Assembly (NCBI RefSeq): GCF_009914755.1
Contig: NC_060932.1
From: the human T2T-CHM13v2.0 reference genome, Homo sapiens
Direction: 5' to 3' (one strand)
DNA: 64,000 nt
Shown: positions 1 to 17,883 of the stretch, in pieces
How the letters are laid out: the number at the start of each line of letters is the position of its first letter
How positions within the stretch are numbered: position 1 is the stretch's first letter
Program-made: the position numbers and the translations under genes
The notes under the pieces: generated by a model
What the model was told of the DNA's origin: nothing
Seen by the model: the letters and a program-made list of their open reading frames with translations, nothing else
Database searches by the model: none

Positions 1-1660
1 GGAAGGAACCATTCACTTTGTGAGAAAGGAGACGAGGAATTTGTTTTATGTACAGATGGAAATCTCTGCATGAGAAAACCACCTTCTGGGAGCCGCGTAG
101 ACCCAGAGGCCAGGAGCCCTCTCAGACCCGAGGTTTCCTTATCTGGGCAGGAATGGAGTCATTTTACAGCCCCTTCCCTCCGTTCCTATTTCCTGGAAGG
201 AAATCCGGTCTCAGGCTTTGAAGCCTGTTCAGATGTTGGTGAAAAACAGCTGAACTCCGGCTGCTTGTTTAAACACAAGAACAGGAGAGGGGAAGAAGTT
301 TAGATAATGCCCAGTAATCTGTTCTCTGAAAGAAAAAGATACTTTCATAGAACAAGAAGAGAACAAAAATGAATACTCCAAAGGTTAATAGCTTGCTGCC
401 CATCTGCCACCCCCGCAGGAGGTTTTACTTTCCAAAAGGACCTTCTGTGTCATATCCAGATGTTTGTCTTTTATCTCAAGAGGTAAATTTTGTCTCCAAA
501 AGGTTGAATATTGTTTTGCTTCCTTTCCTAGTGTAAAACAAATCTTTTTGTTAACACATCTGCATTCAAAAGTATCATTAGTACTTTGTAATGATCTCAT
601 CATTCTCTAATCACACTCAATATAAAATTGTGACTAAAAATGTTTCCCCCTTTTCTTCTTAGTCCAGGGATCCTGTCAGAGAAAAATAATTCCTGCCTGT
701 TTTGAAATCTGTGGGCACCAATTTGAAACCTGGGAAATCACTGACCTGTCACTGACCTGCCACTGGGCTTGCTGGTGACCCAACCAAGTGAGAGCCGGAG
801 CACATGGCGGGAGATGGCCCTGCAGCCGGGTGCTGACTTCTTTCAGGGCTGACCTTAATGTGGCTTAATTTAACGGTTGGAATTACCTACAGAAGGAGTC
901 ACTAGTATCAGTGCAGAAATGAGAGAGAAAGAGGCAGCAACTACTTTCTCTGATTGGAAATAGTTTAAAATTACACCTAAGTGCTGCCAACTAGCCCAGC
1001 CCCTTCGTGCCTGTGACGCTCTCTCAGCCGCTGGCTCCCTTCTCCCAGGACGTTGACATGGCCTCCTTGACGCTGATGTAAACCCGGGAAATACTGACGA
1101 CTTGCTAAAGTTTTTGGTGGAACAGGGTCCTCTTGCCGCCAGCTGGCACTTCCCTAACAGGAGGGAGAATTGTATGTTCTGGTGTTGGCCTAACTGTTAC
1201 TAAAAGTGCGGCTGTAGAAAAAGAAACCTCAGAGGCCTGTTTTGTGGCTGAGACGAGAGCATGAATATTATTTTGGAAGAAACCATACCCAAGTTAGGCC
1301 CCATGAATACAGACTCAGCAGTGGGCGGCGGCATGGCCAGTGCTATAAGGAGCACAAGGAGGACACAACTCCTTCACTGAAAGGCCAGTTTTTTAGGGTT
1401 CTGCACGCATTTATTATTTTTGAATCAGTCACTCATCCATTAACAACAGTTTATGAGGAGCCTGACTTGCCCCAACGCATGCTAAGCCCCACCGGGTTGG
1501 TTTCCTATTCCCGGACGGACGTGGGAAGGAGCCACTCCAACCCTGACGAGGACCAGCATAGGCCCTGCACTGGAGCTGGCCATGGCGAGGGGGTGGCCAC
1601 TGCTCCAGGAGCGAGTCCAGGAGGCCAAACAGTGACCCCTTAGCAGTCGCTGCCCCATGA

Positions 1661-2023
<363 letters not shown>

Positions 2024-5000
2024 TAAGATCAACCAGAGAAAGCACAGTGTGCCCCCCGCAATCCTGCAGGACCGTCTCCCATTTTCACTCCCTGGCCTGC
2101 CTGTGAGTCTCTGCCAGATACAGTGATGGATGATAGATGATAGATGATAAACGGATGAGCTGGGAAGCGGAAGGAGGGCAGGTGGCAGGGCTGGAAGAGA
2201 GGTAGGCATGGGCGGAGGGACGAGAAGTCACAGGGCAACAGTTTAGAGGTCGGTGAATCTGGGTTGAGGGTATAATTGGCAAACAGGAATTATCTTTGTT
2301 ATTCCTGTACTTTCTCCATACACTGGAAATTATTTCAACCTGAAAACCTGAAAAGCCCATGAAGGAAAGAACAAAGTAGGCTGGACGCCAGCGAAGGGGC
2401 CAGCCTGGCTCTCTCCATCTTGCTCCTGCCCATTTCCGCAGGCCGCCAGCATTCTCCCATGGCAGAGCTCTGGGCTCACAGCCTTAGAGACCCAGGGCCC
2501 AAATGGCAGGTTGTGTTTCCTTTGTTCCTGGACGTTCTGGCCAGAAGATCCCCATGGAAGGCCTTCGATGGCTCTGTCTTGGGTGAGGCCGACTCTGTGG
2601 GCTGTGGCCAGGGTCGGAGGCTCCGTGGTCAGGAGCCCAGCCAGCTCCCAGGCAGCCCTGCTGCCACCCTAGGCTCTTGGTGATTTGCCAACTGCACTTG
2701 TCCCCCTTCCAGGGAGCACCTGATGCCCCTCCCTGACCCTCCTCAGCCCTCCCTGAGTGGTACCATTCCCAGCTTCAGAGGCTGACACAGGACCTGGGCA
2801 GTCCAAGCCCAGCCAATCCCTGGACTTTGCTAGGCCACTCTTTTCTTCTGAACTTGAGTGAAAGGAGGCCCATAGAAGAGGGCAGGGCCCGCATCACTTA
2901 ACCCGCAAGTCCTCTGGGACACTGTGGTCCTGCTTCCTGCGCCAGGCATCCCTGGGCTCAGATCCTTCTTCAGGTCCTGACACCGCCTGGGAGCTTGGCC
3001 TGGGGACTCCTGTGAAAACCACGTGGCACAGACCACATTGATCGCTGTGCCTGTTTGTGGCTGTTTGTGGGCCAGGGGCACCCACCTCATGCAGCAGGGG
3101 TGAGTTGTCTCCCGTAGTATGAGGACAGAATCGTCTGCAACCTTGCAGGGGACTCACAGCGTGCGATGGCCGGCGGGCGTGGTCAGGACCACCCAAGCCC
3201 AGACGCTTTTCTCGCCCCCAGATCCGAGGACCCGGGAGACATGTGGCTAGGAACATGTTTCATGTGTCGTCAAAACACTTTCCTCGGCACAGTCCTTTAA
3301 ATTACTGTGAAAGCCACTGGGATATGTGACTGATTTTAAAGCCCAAAGTGCCACAAGCTGCCAGGATCATCCTCTGGGGCTTAACAGCTTCGTTGTGGCT
3401 ATTGAAGGAAAATTGATCGTAACGAGTTGGAAAGTCACCAGATGTCCTCTATGACACTGAGCGCTGGAGACCAGGCATAGACCATGCTGGGTGCACCCCC
3501 GCCCCTGCCCTCCCACCAAACACCCCGCCAGGTTTGCTGAAGTCCACAGGAGACTGTTCAAGGCATCGTTCCAGACCCCTGTCCCTCGGCAGGTGAAGTG
3601 GCAGCACATGGCTGCCTCGCCATGAACACCCACATTTCCAGCTGTGGGTACTAAACTCAGGTAAAAATCGTTCCTCTCCCGAACTGGACCTTGCTAACAA
3701 ACACATTCGCTGCCCAGACCACACTGTATCTTGAATCATGGTCCTTCCCCTCCTAGTTTTGGTCTCTTCCGTTGGAGAAGCGTGGGCCGTGTGGCCTCAA
3801 AGTGCCCCGTGGCTGGAGCAGTTAGAAACAGCCACTGTGGCTCCGTGGTTGCCATCGCCCTGCACTTCCTCAGGGTCCTTCGTGAGGCGACCGAAGGCCT
3901 CTGATGGGCACAGGGCTGTGGAGTGCAGCAGACACTAATGGAAATGGGATTGGCAAAGACACAGGACAGCAGCCCGTGGAATGCAGCTCTAACCCAAGCG
4001 ACCTTGAGCTCTGATGCTGCTGGCACAGCCGCTCCTCTCAGGGAGCAGCTACCGAGCCTCAGAAGAGCATCTGCCACAGCCCCAAGCAGAGACTCCAGCA
4101 AGGAGAGTGGATCCATGGGGCCCTGTGGCCCTGGCAGTGTGGACAATGACTCAGCTCAAGACATGGGTCTGCTTGGGACCCCTCCCTCCATGGTGTGGAC
4201 GCTACTTCCCCACAGCACATGGGACCAAGGACATGACGGTGCCAGGTACCTTGGTGCCATGCACCGAACGCTGTGTCCCTCACCTGGTCCCTGGTTGGGA
4301 GCATGGACTTGGCATCTCTATGTCCCCGCTGAAGGGACATAAGCCCCAGAGTGACCGGGCCATGTCTGGTCGGGGCCAGGTGATGGCTTCCTCATGACAC
4401 CAGCATGCCGGCTCACGTGTGCTTGAGTGCCAGAGTCGGCTCCCAGAGGGCCCAGGACTCAGTACCACCCCCACCACGGAGCCCAGCTGGGCACAGGTGA
4501 TGGAGGTGCCCTCCGGTGACATGAGTGGCAGTGCCATTGAGGGTCTCAACATGCCAGTCAGCATGGCGGGGGTCACTCAGGCATAGCGTGTCAGTTGTGG
4601 GGAGGCTCCGTCCATAGATGCACTGCCTGAGGCCCGTCAGGCATGGTGGTCCTGGTCCTGTGTGTTTACTCCTCCTGTCTGAGGGCCACTCAGGGCACTC
4701 CGTGGTGCTCCCCAGAAGCCTCTCCTCACTTGCTGGTGCAGCCTCACCTGGGCTGCCTGTACTCCCTCCTCATGTCTCAGTCCCTGTGTGCTTGGCCCTG
4801 TGCTCACCTGTGCTCCTGTCAACACTGCAGGCTGGGAACTCAGTGTCCCATTCGCTGCCTGGTCACCCATATCCCAGGCTAAGTGCAGGTTCAGGAAGCG
4901 TTTGATGAGTGGCTTTGCAGTGTTCGTGCCTGGGTGTGTTGTGAGCAGCACTGGGCTCTCAACTCCACTGTCTTCTAACTCTGTTCTCTCCATTCCGCTT

Positions 5001-5284
5001 GGCGTATCTGTCCGTGGTGCTGTGGGAGCCTGCAGGTTGCCTCTCACTGCTGCGGGGGACCGCTTGCCACGCGGCACCTGCCCATGCTTCCCACCTGACC
5101 GCCGCCCACATGCCGGATGTGCTGCCGCTCCACTGTGCTCACCAGCATTCAGGGCTTGACTTTACGGGCTTTTCAAGACACTTGGGTGTAAAGTGGTGTC
5201 TCACTGTTTTCATCTGCATTTCTCTCCTTTGCAGTAACTTTGAGGTTATGAGCACACACATGGTGCTTGTGTCTCTTGAACTGG

Positions 5285-5650
5285 CTTCCTGTGGTGGCTA
5301 TCAAATGACCACGGATGCAGTGGCTTAAACACACACACTTATCTTCTCCCGCAGTTCTGGGGTCAGAAGTCTGAACGTGGGTCGGGAGGGGTGCGTTCCT
5401 TCCGGAGGCTCCAGGAAGAGCTGACTTCCTCACCTTTCCCAGCTCCCAGAGGCCCCACGTTCCTGGGCAAGGCCCCTGCCTCCCTCTGCAACGGCCCCAG
5501 GAACAGCCCGAGGCCCATCCGGATCAACCAGGCTCCTTTCCTCTCCAGGCACCCACCCAGAACCTCCGCAAAGGCCCTTGTGCCCTGACTCATCTCCACA
5601 GCTTCTGGGAGCAGGGACCCAGCAGCTCCGGGAGGGTCACATCTCACCAC
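5285..5650 (-). mobile_element. MLT1-type (MaLR) LTR fragment inside an old antisense L1 remnant
   Basis: Motif ggcttaaac...cttatcttctcccgcagttctggggtcagaagtctgaa resembles an MLT1 LTR end; L1 ORF2-like antisense sequence at about 5180-5250 and 5680-6270. Confidence 0.6.
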
Positions 5651-5965
5651 AGATACTCATCCATAGCACTCGTACATCCTTCTGTTGGGTTTCCTGCTTC
5701 TTGATGACTTGCAGGAACTCCTTGTATATTTTAAATATAATCCTAGTTGTCTGAAACACTGTAAGTATTTTCCCCCTGCATGGATGGGTTTATGAACTCT
5801 GCCTACCATAGACTTCACTGAGTGGAAATTATTAATGTTGACATAAAATTCTATCTTTTTTTTAACCTTATGGATGCTGCTTTGGGATTCTTGTTTTAAA
5901 AAATATTTCCCAACCTACAAAGATCCTTACTTTTATTGTCCTTGTCTGTTTTTAAAAAAATATTT

Positions 5966-6096
5966 TTTAATTTTTTTAAAATTTGGAGATGGGGTCTATG
6001 TTGCCCAACCTGCTCTCAAACTCCTAGGCTCACATGATCCTCCCATCTTGGCCTCCCAAAATGTTGGGATTACAGGCATGAGCCACTGTACCCGGC
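5966..6096 (-). mobile_element. FLAM / AluJ left-monomer fragment
   Basis: gagatggggtct...ctcaaactcctaggctcacatgatcctcccatcttggcctcccaaaatgttgggattacaggcatgagccac; single monomer only. Confidence 0.85.
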
Positions 6097-6589
6097 TCCC
6101 AGTTTCATTTTTATTATTTAAGAAATTAACCTATCTGGAATCTACCTTTGCTTAAATGTTGTAATGTAGGACCAGTTTTATCCACATTGTGATTTTCTAA
6201 ATACCATTGGCCAAACTGTCATTCTCCCATTGTCCTGTAATGTCCTCTTCATCATTTACGTGGATCTACTTTGAACCCTCCTTTCCCTTCATCTACGAAG
6301 ATGTTCCTACATCAGTACTATAGTTAATTTTTAAAAATTCATCATTAAAATTTTAATATATAACAGAAGAGAGTAGTATAAATAACCCATGTGTCCGTCT
6401 GCAGCCTCAACGATAATCGGTCTCTAATCTTTTGATGCCATGGCTGTGTACTGTGGCTTGTTATTGGTAGGTTATTTTCCTGCCTTGATCTCCAATGAAA
6501 GAGTTACTACATCTACTAATAGGCATTTTTGCTTTCATGTGCATCTTAGAACAAATTTATTGAAGTCATCAAAAAATCCAGCTAGAAGA

Positions 6590-8832
6590 TGAATATTCAT
6601 AGTTTGAAACACTTATAGCAATAAAAAAGAATGAGTGAAAATTGATTAATTAAGCATCAAACTCAACAATTAGAAACAACACAGCAAAATTAACTGAAGG
6701 AAACCAGAAGGAAGGAGCTAAGAGAGAAGCACAGGCTAATACAGTAGGAAAAAAGATAACAGGTAGACTAACAAACAAATTAGAAAGCCGATTCTTTGAA
6801 AAATAAAGCAAGATAAATTGATAGATAATGTTGTCAAGAATACAAGGTGAAAAAGCACAAGTATACAAAATAAGGAATGATGAGGTAAAAATAACAAGGA
6901 AACAGATGAAATTAAAAGCATCATGAGACCACCTGCTCAACGCTATTCAAATCAGCTTGAAATCCTAGAAAAATGGACGATCTTCTAAGAAAATATGGAC
7001 CAAATGGATCTCAAAAGAGACGGAAAATCTAAGTTAGTCACTTTATTTTAAAAAAGAGGTGCTCACCACCGACACCCAGAAGCAACAGGTGCAAACATTT
7101 TTATGGGAGAATTGTAACAAACTTTAAATAGCGGATAATTCCAATAATTTAAAAAACTCTTCCAGAACAACGGAAAAGAACGTAAACCTCCAATTTTTTT
7201 TCTACACAGCGAATAACATTAGTGACCAAAACCTGAAAAGACTGCACCAAAAAGAAAACTACAAGTCGTCCCCAATCTCACCTATACATATCAATAAAAA
7301 CGTAAATAAAATATAGTCTGTTATGGAGAATGGTCTAAGCAATAAATAAATACATAAAGAGAAAAAGAAAAATGTAGAAATACAGTAGCACATTTAAAAT
7401 AGTGCAAGGTGATCAAGGAATGGCAGGATGGTTCTAAAATAGAGTATCTATTATTACAATTTATCATATTAATAATTCTGAGAAGAAATTACATCATCTT
7501 CAGAATTGTGGTAAACATATTTTTAAAACATTCCTTAATACTGAATAAAATGAGATAAATATTTGTTTACTATTAAAAACATACCTAATATGAAATATTA
7601 ATTTGCTTGTTGGTTAGTACTTTCACTGGAATCAAGAAAAACCAAAAATACCCAGTACCAGCACTATTGAATAACATTATACTGGAGGCATCAGTGCATG
7701 AAATTAGATAAAAGAAACAACATAGAGCATACAAATTAGAAAGGAGGAGATAAGGTTGTTTACCAGTACTAAGACTGTATGTTGACATTTTCAATAGGGT
7801 ACAAGACCATTCCATGGGGAAAGAATAATCTTTTCAAGAAATGCATCTGGGACAGCTAGAAATCCACATGCAAACTAATGAGGTTAGACCCTTCTCTCAC
7901 AACATATACAAAAATTCAAAATGAATAAAAAGCTTAAATACAAGTGCGTACATCATAAAACCTTTAGAAGAAAACATAGAAGTAAATGTTCATGACCCTA
8001 GACTTGTGAATGATTTCTTAGATATGAAGCCAAAAATGCTAGCAAAAAAGGAGATAAATTGGACTTCATCAAAATAAAATACTTTGTGCATCAAAGAACA
8101 CAACGAAGAAAGTGAAAATACAGCCCATAGAAAGGGAGAAAATATTTACAAATTGCGTATTTCATAAAGGTATCTGGAATACATAAAATCTCTTCTAATT
8201 CAACAACAAAAGCCAATCAACCCGACTGAAAAATGGGCAAAGGATTGAATGGGCATTTCTCCAAAGAAGATTTACAAATGGCCAACAAACATATATGTTA
8301 AAAGAAAAACTTCAGATGAATTAAATTTAAAGGAGTTTAATTGAGCTATGAACAATTTATGAATTGGGCAGCCCCCAGAATCATGGTAGATTCAGAAAGA
8401 CTCCAGGGATGCCTCATGGTCAGAACAAATTTATAGACAAAAAAGTGAAGTGACATACAGAAATTGGCAATGCGGTATAGAAACAACTGGATTGGTTACA
8501 GGTTGGTGTTTGCCTTATTTGAACACAGTTTGAACACTAAGCAGTCTATGAGTGGTTGTAGTATGGCCGCAGGGATTGGCCAAGACTCAGCTATTGTTAC
8601 AGGCACATACTCCTAAGTTAGGTTTTCAATCTTATCTCCCTATTAAGCTAAGTTACAGTTTGTCCACAGGGACTCAAATATAGAAATATGGAGTCCTTCT
8701 CAAGGCATATTTAGTTTGCTTTAAATCGAAACCACAATGGAAATCACTGCACACCCATTTCATACCCACTAGGATAGCTATACTTTTTAAAAAAAAAAAA
8801 ACAGGAAAACAACAAGTGTTGTCATAGATGCG
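6590..8832 (+). mobile_element. Old L1M LINE remnant (ORF2 region), continuing at 15318-15950
   Basis: A-rich degenerate ORF2-like sequence (e.g. aatggatctcaaaagag, ttggacttcatcaaaat, catttctccaaagaagatttacaaatggccaac); no intact ORF. Confidence 0.8.
8296..8724 (-). mobile_element. MER57A-like solo LTR (ERV1)
   Basis: Begins tgttaaaagaaaaacttcag and ends catatttagtttgctttaa; reverse complement matches the MER57A consensus as I recall it; about 430 bp; interrupts L1M. Confidence 0.8.
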
Positions 8833-9075
8833 GAGAAATTGGAATTCTTTATTTTATTTATTTATTTATTTATTTATTATACTTTAAGTTCTAGGGCACG
8901 TGTGCACAACGTGCAGGTTTGTTACATATGTATACATGTGCCATGTTGGTGTGCTGCACCCATTAACTCGTCATTTACATTAGGTATTTCTCCTAATGGT
9001 ATCCCTTCCCCCCCCACCCCATGACAGGCCCCGGTGTGTGATGTTACCCACCCTGTGTCCAAGTGTTCTCATTGT

Positions 9076-12892
<3,817 letters not shown>

Positions 12893-12955
12893 TATGATGT
12901 TAGCTGGTTATTTTGCTCGTTAGTTGATGCAGTTTCTTCCTAGCATCGATGGACT

Positions 12956-13451
12956 TTATAATTTGGCATGTTTTTGCAGTGGCTGATACCAGTTGTTTCT
13001 TTCCATGTTTAGTGATTCCTTCAGGAGCTCTTGTAAGGCAGGCCTGGTGGTGACAAAAATCTCTCAGCATTTGCTTGTCTGTAAAGGACTTTATTTCTCC
13101 TTCACTTATGAAGCTTAGTCTGGATATGAAATTCTGGGTTGAAAATTCTTTTCTTTAAGAATGTTGAGGCCGGGCGCGGTGGCTCACGCTTGTAATCCCA
13201 GCACTTTGGGAGGCCGAGGCGGGCGGATCACGAGGTCAGGAGATCGAGACCATCCTGGCTAACACGGTGAAACCCCGTCTCTACTAAAAATACAAAAAAA
13301 ATTAGCCGGGCGTGATGGTGGGCGCCTGTAGTCCCAGCTACTCGGGAGGCTGAGGCAGGAGAATGGCGTGAACCCTGGAGGCGGAGCTTGCAGTGAGCCG
13401 AGATTGCGCCCCACTGCACTCCTGCCTGGGCCACAGAGCGAGACTCCGTCT

Positions 13452-13496
<45 letters not shown>

Positions 13497-14306
13497 ATGT
13501 TGAATATTGGCCCCCACTCTCTTCTGGCTTGTAGAGTTTCTGCTGAGAGATCTGCTGTTAGTCTGATGAGTTTCTCTTTGTGGGTAACCCAACCTTTCTG
13601 TCTGGCTGCCCTTAACATTTTTTCCTTCATTTCAACCTTGGTGAATCTGACAATTATGTGTCTTGGGGTTGCTCTTCTAGAGGAGTATCTTTGTGGCATT
13701 CTCTGTATTTCCTGAATTTGAATGTTGGCCTGCTTTGCTAGGTTGGGGAAGTTCTCCTGGATAATATCCTGAAGAATGTTTTTCAACTTGGTTCCATTCT
13801 CCCCATCCCAGGTACACCAATCAGATGTAGATTTGGTCTTTTCACATAGTCCCGTATTTCTTGGAGGCTTTGTTCGTTTCTTTCTACTCTTTTTTTCTCT
13901 AAACTTCTCACTTCATTTCATTCATTTGATTTTCAATCACTGATACCCCTTCTTCCACTTGATCGAATTGGCTACTGAAGCTTGTGCATGTGTCACGTAG
14001 TTCTCGTGCCATAGTTTTCAGCTCCATCAGGTCATTTAAGGTCTTCTCTATGCTGTTTATTCTAGTTAGCCATTCGTCTAATCTTTTTTCAAGGTTTGTA
14101 GCTTCTTTGCGATGGGTTCGAACATCCTCCTTTAGCTTGGAGAAGTTTGTTATTACCGATCTTCTGAAGTGTACTTCTGTCAACTTGTCAAAGTCATTCT
14201 CCATCCAGCTTTGTTCCATTGCTGGCGAGAAGCTGCATTCCTTTGGAGGAGAAGAGGTGCTCTGATTTTTAGAATTTTCAGCTTTTCTGCTCTGGTTTCT
14301 CGCCAT
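12956..14306 (-). pseudogene. L1 ORF1p, disrupted by frameshifts and an AluY insertion
   Basis: Fragments MARNQSRKAENSK... and ENFPNLAKQANIQIQEIQR...RRATPRHIIVRF...LTADLSAETLQARREWGPIFNIL. Confidence 0.93.
13168..13494 (+). mobile_element. Young AluY (AluYi6-like) inserted in L1 ORF1
   Basis: Full-length AluY with most CpGs intact, about 42-nt pure poly-A, and 11-bp TSD aagaatgttga (13157-13167 and 13493-13503). Confidence 0.95.
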
Positions 14307-14861
14307 CTTTATGGTTTTATCTACCTTTGGTCTTCGATGATGGTGACCTACAGATGGGGTTTTGGTGTGGATGTCCTTTTTGTTGATGTTGATGCTATTC
14401 CTTTCTGTTTGTTAGTTTCTCTTCTAACAGTCAGGACCCTCAGCTGCAGGTCTGTTGGAGTTTGCTGGAGGTCCACTCCAGTGGAGGCTGCAGAACAGCA
14501 AATGTTGCTGCCTGATCCTTCCTCTGGAAGCTTCATCTCAGAGGGGCACCTGGTTGTATGAGGTGTCAGTCAGCCCCTACTGGGAGGTGTCTCCCAGTTA
14601 GGCTACTCAGGGGTCAGGGACCCACTTGAGGAGGCAGTCTGTCCATTCTCAGATCTCAAACTCTGTGCTAGGAGAACCACTGGTCTCTTCAAAGCTGTCA
14701 GACAGGGACATTTATGTCTCCAGAAGTTTCTGCTGCCTTTTGTTCAGCTATGCCCTGCCCCCAGAGGTGGAGTCTACAGAGGCAGGTGGGCCTTGTTGAG
14801 CTGCGGTAGGCTCCACCCAGTTCAAGCTTCCTGGCTTTGTTTACCTAGTCAAGTCTCAGCA

Positions 14862-15125
14862 ATGGCGGACGCCCCTCCCCCAGCCTTGCTGCCACCTTGC
14901 AGTTCGATCTTGGCCTGCTTTACTAGCAGTGAGCAAGGCTCCATGGGTGTGGGACCCTCCAAGCCAGGCACGGGATATAATTTCCTGGTGTGCTGTTTGC
15001 TAAGACCGTTGGAAAAGCACACTATTAGGGCAGGAGTGTCCCAATTTTCCAGGTACTGTCTGTCACAGCTTCCCTTGGCTAGGAAAGGGAATTCCCCAAT
15101 CCTTTGCACTTGCCAGGTGAGGTGA
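14862..15125 (+). CDS. L1 ORF0 homologue (antisense ORF in the 5' UTR), open, 87 aa
   Basis: ATG in gcaATGg context; translation MADAPPPALLPPCSSILAC...GVGPSKPGTGYNFLV...RAGVSQFSR aligns by eye with L1Hs ORF0 (MAGAPPPASLPPCSLISDCC...GVGPSEPG...VGVTRFSR). Expression unknown. Confidence 0.7.
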   Translation: MADAPPPALLPPCSSILACFTSSEQGSMGVGPSKPGTGYNFLVCCLLRPLEKHTIRAGVSQFSRYCLSQLPLARKGNSPILCTCQVR

Positions 15126-15317
15126 TGCCCCGCCCTTCTTCAGCTCACACTCCATGGGCTGCACCCAGTGTCCAACAAGTCCCAGTGAGATGAACCTGGT
15201 AACTCAGTTGGAAATGCAGAAATCACCCATCTTCTATGTCGCTCACACTGGGAGCTGTAGACTGGAGCTGTTCCTATTCGGCCATCTTGGAACAGAGACC
15301 GAGAAATTGGAATTCTT

Positions 15318-15950
15318 ATACTGTATTGGTACCTTGCCTTAGATTTGTAAAATGGTGAGGCTGCCATGGAAGAGTTTAACTCAACAAGTACCCAGCAATT
15401 CCAGTTTTGGGTATATAACCCCCCACACCAAATTGATAACTGGTGTTCAAAGAGAAACTTGCTCATGAACATTGATAGCAGCTTTATTTTCAATAGGCAG
15501 AAGGTAGAATCAACACATACGCCCATCAGCTGAAGATGATAGCAGCTTTATTTTCAACAGGCAGAAGGTAGAATCAACCCATACGCCCATCAGCTGAAAA
15601 ACGGGTGAGCAAAATGTGGTGTATACAGACAATGGAGTGTTATTTAGCCACAAAAAGGAAGGAGGCACTGACACACACTACACATACATGAAACTTGAAA
15701 ACACTAAGTGAGAGAAGGCAGGCATGAAAGGCCACATATTACACAGCTCCACTTACATATCCAGAGTAGGCAAGCCCAGAGACAGGTGGCAGATTAGGGA
15801 CTGCCAGAGGCTGGGGGCCAGGGGATGGGGAGAGACTTCTAGTGGGGACAGGACTTCCCACTGGGGTGATGGCGTTAGGCAGAAGTGATTCACAATATTG
15901 TGAATGCACTAAATGTCACTAGTGGTAAGTTGTATGTTACGTACATAAAA
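15318..15950 (+). mobile_element. 3' end of the old L1M (L1MB-like) host element
   Basis: acccagcaattcca, aaaatgtggtgtatacagacaatggagtgttatttagccacaaaaagg, aatattgtgaatgcactaaatgtcact, then an A-rich tail. Confidence 0.8.
15473..15598. repeat. 64-bp tandem duplication (2 copies)
   Basis: tgatagcagctttattttcaa(t/c)aggcagaaggtagaatcaac(a/c)catacgcccatcagctgaa occurs at 15473 and 15537. Confidence 0.95.
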
Positions 15951-16239
15951 TAAAATAACAATAACAAAATTAGGAGGCTGATAAAGACCATATATCTGGA
16001 GAATCTGGCAGAATGAACTGAAAAACAAACTCAAACAATGAGAGAATTGGTGAGGCAGTCTGGTGTGAAATTAAAAGACACGATCCAAGTGCTTTCATTA
16101 AGCAAATAACAAGCTAGAAGCTACAAACAAAGGGAAAGATCACATTTGTAAAAGCAAAAAAAAAGAGCTGAGGAACAGCTCATTCAGGATGTACATCCTC
16201 TCTGTCACCTTCATCCATGGCTCAGTTCCGTCGTGCACT

Positions 16240-16760
16240 GCAGGCTGGTTCCTAAGATGGGGCCCAGGCCCTCGAGGCCCAGGTGCTCTGATGGGCTTGG
16301 CCTACCAGAAGCACCACTAGTGGGAAGGAGAGTTCGGCCCTGTCTTCCCGGCCCTGTCTTCCTGGCTCCCTCTACAGAGACGGCTCCTCCTCTAGGCCTC
16401 CTGGAGTGTCTGCTGCGGATGGAGGTACTTTGAGACAGCAGAGTTTTAAGGATGCCCCTGCACCTGGAGCTGCTCCTATGATTGTGTAAAGTTACCTGGC
16501 AGGGGCTTCATCTCATCACATATTTGGTGAAGCAGGGAGCTTTCCCCAGCTGGTGCAAAGGGCAGTCAGACAGATTCAGGGCATGCAAAGGACTGGGCTC
16601 ACTGCCGTCACTGGCTTTAAAGATGGATGTGGCCCTGGGAGAAGAATGCAGGTGCCCTGAGGAGCTGAGAGTGGCCCCAGGTGACAGTCAGTGAGGAAAC
16701 AAGAGTTTCAGTCCCATGGCTGCAAAGAATCAAATGCTGTCAATGACCTGAAGGTGCCCT
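16240..16760 (+). mobile_element. MLT1D/E-like LTR, degenerate
   Basis: ttcctaagatgg...; gaagaatgcaggtgccctgaggagctgagagtggcccc...gaggaaacaagagtttcagtcccatggctgcaaagaatcaaatgctgtcaatgacctgaa. Confidence 0.55.
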
Positions 16761-17883
16761 GGAGCCCTTAGTTCTGTTCCTGCTGTGGCTGCACCTCTCC
16801 CTTTCATCCAACAAAGATGCCCCAGATGAACTCTCACTCAGAGAGCAAGGCACTGAGAGCTGCGCACTGTTCCATTCCCAAAGCATTTATGTAAGTTATT
16901 AAAGGGAAGAGAATAAAAGCCTGAGATGGTCTTCAAAATGTTATATCTTGCTCTGAGCGATGAAAAATTATGCATGCTTTCTCCTATGATATGCATCTGT
17001 TAGAGAGAGGAGAGCTCTCTGAAGGCCAAGTGAGGCACTACCTCTGGATGTGGGGCACCCAGTCACTGTGCACATTTTATTATGTGTCTGTCTGTTCCTG
17101 TGCTCAGGGGACAGGAGTGAATAATGCACAGGCCCTTCAATGAATCCACAGTTGTGTGTGTGGACGTGGCCAAGGAACTGTGATGGAACACACTCATGAA
17201 GAACAAAGCCGTGGAGGTCACAGCAGCAGGCAGCCAGGTCTGGAGGAGATGCATGGGAGCCAGACATCCGCATGCAAGCGAGGAGGGCGCCCCCAGGAGT
17301 TCACAATTTATTTGTCAGCATGAAAAATCCCATCTGGAAAGGCAGTGACACAGAGCAGTAACTAACAAGGACAAAAAAGGGTAAATAAGGAAAAAAGCCA
17401 AATGTATCTTTTCTGAAATCTCTCCCAAAATCTTGAGAGGAGGCTACATTTGTGGTACATAATAACAGATTATCTCTCTTTCTCCTCCTCCTCTTTCTGT
17501 CTCTCTGTCTCTCACACAGGCTACTCCCGAGGCTCTGCACCCAGCTGCTCCCCTCAGCACGTAGCCCTGAAGCCCAGTCAGCTTCTCCGATGCTGTTAGC
17601 TTCTCTCCTCTGCTCAGTACGTTTTATCTCCACCAGCGCAGCAGGGCCTGACCCATTGCAGTGTTGGGAACTTTAAGGTTTCAGGTTCATATCTGGTGCC
17701 AAAATTCACAGGATGAGGTTGTCTTTAAAGTCTTTCCTGGCTCTCATATTTTATGAGTCAGTTCTACGATTTTGGAGACAGGAGATATCCCGAACGAAAG
17801 CAGAGAGAACAAGGGTTGTAATCTATCTGGGTTTGAGAGGGAGAAGAGGAAAGAGTACTGCAGAGGAGGATAAAAGAACATAA

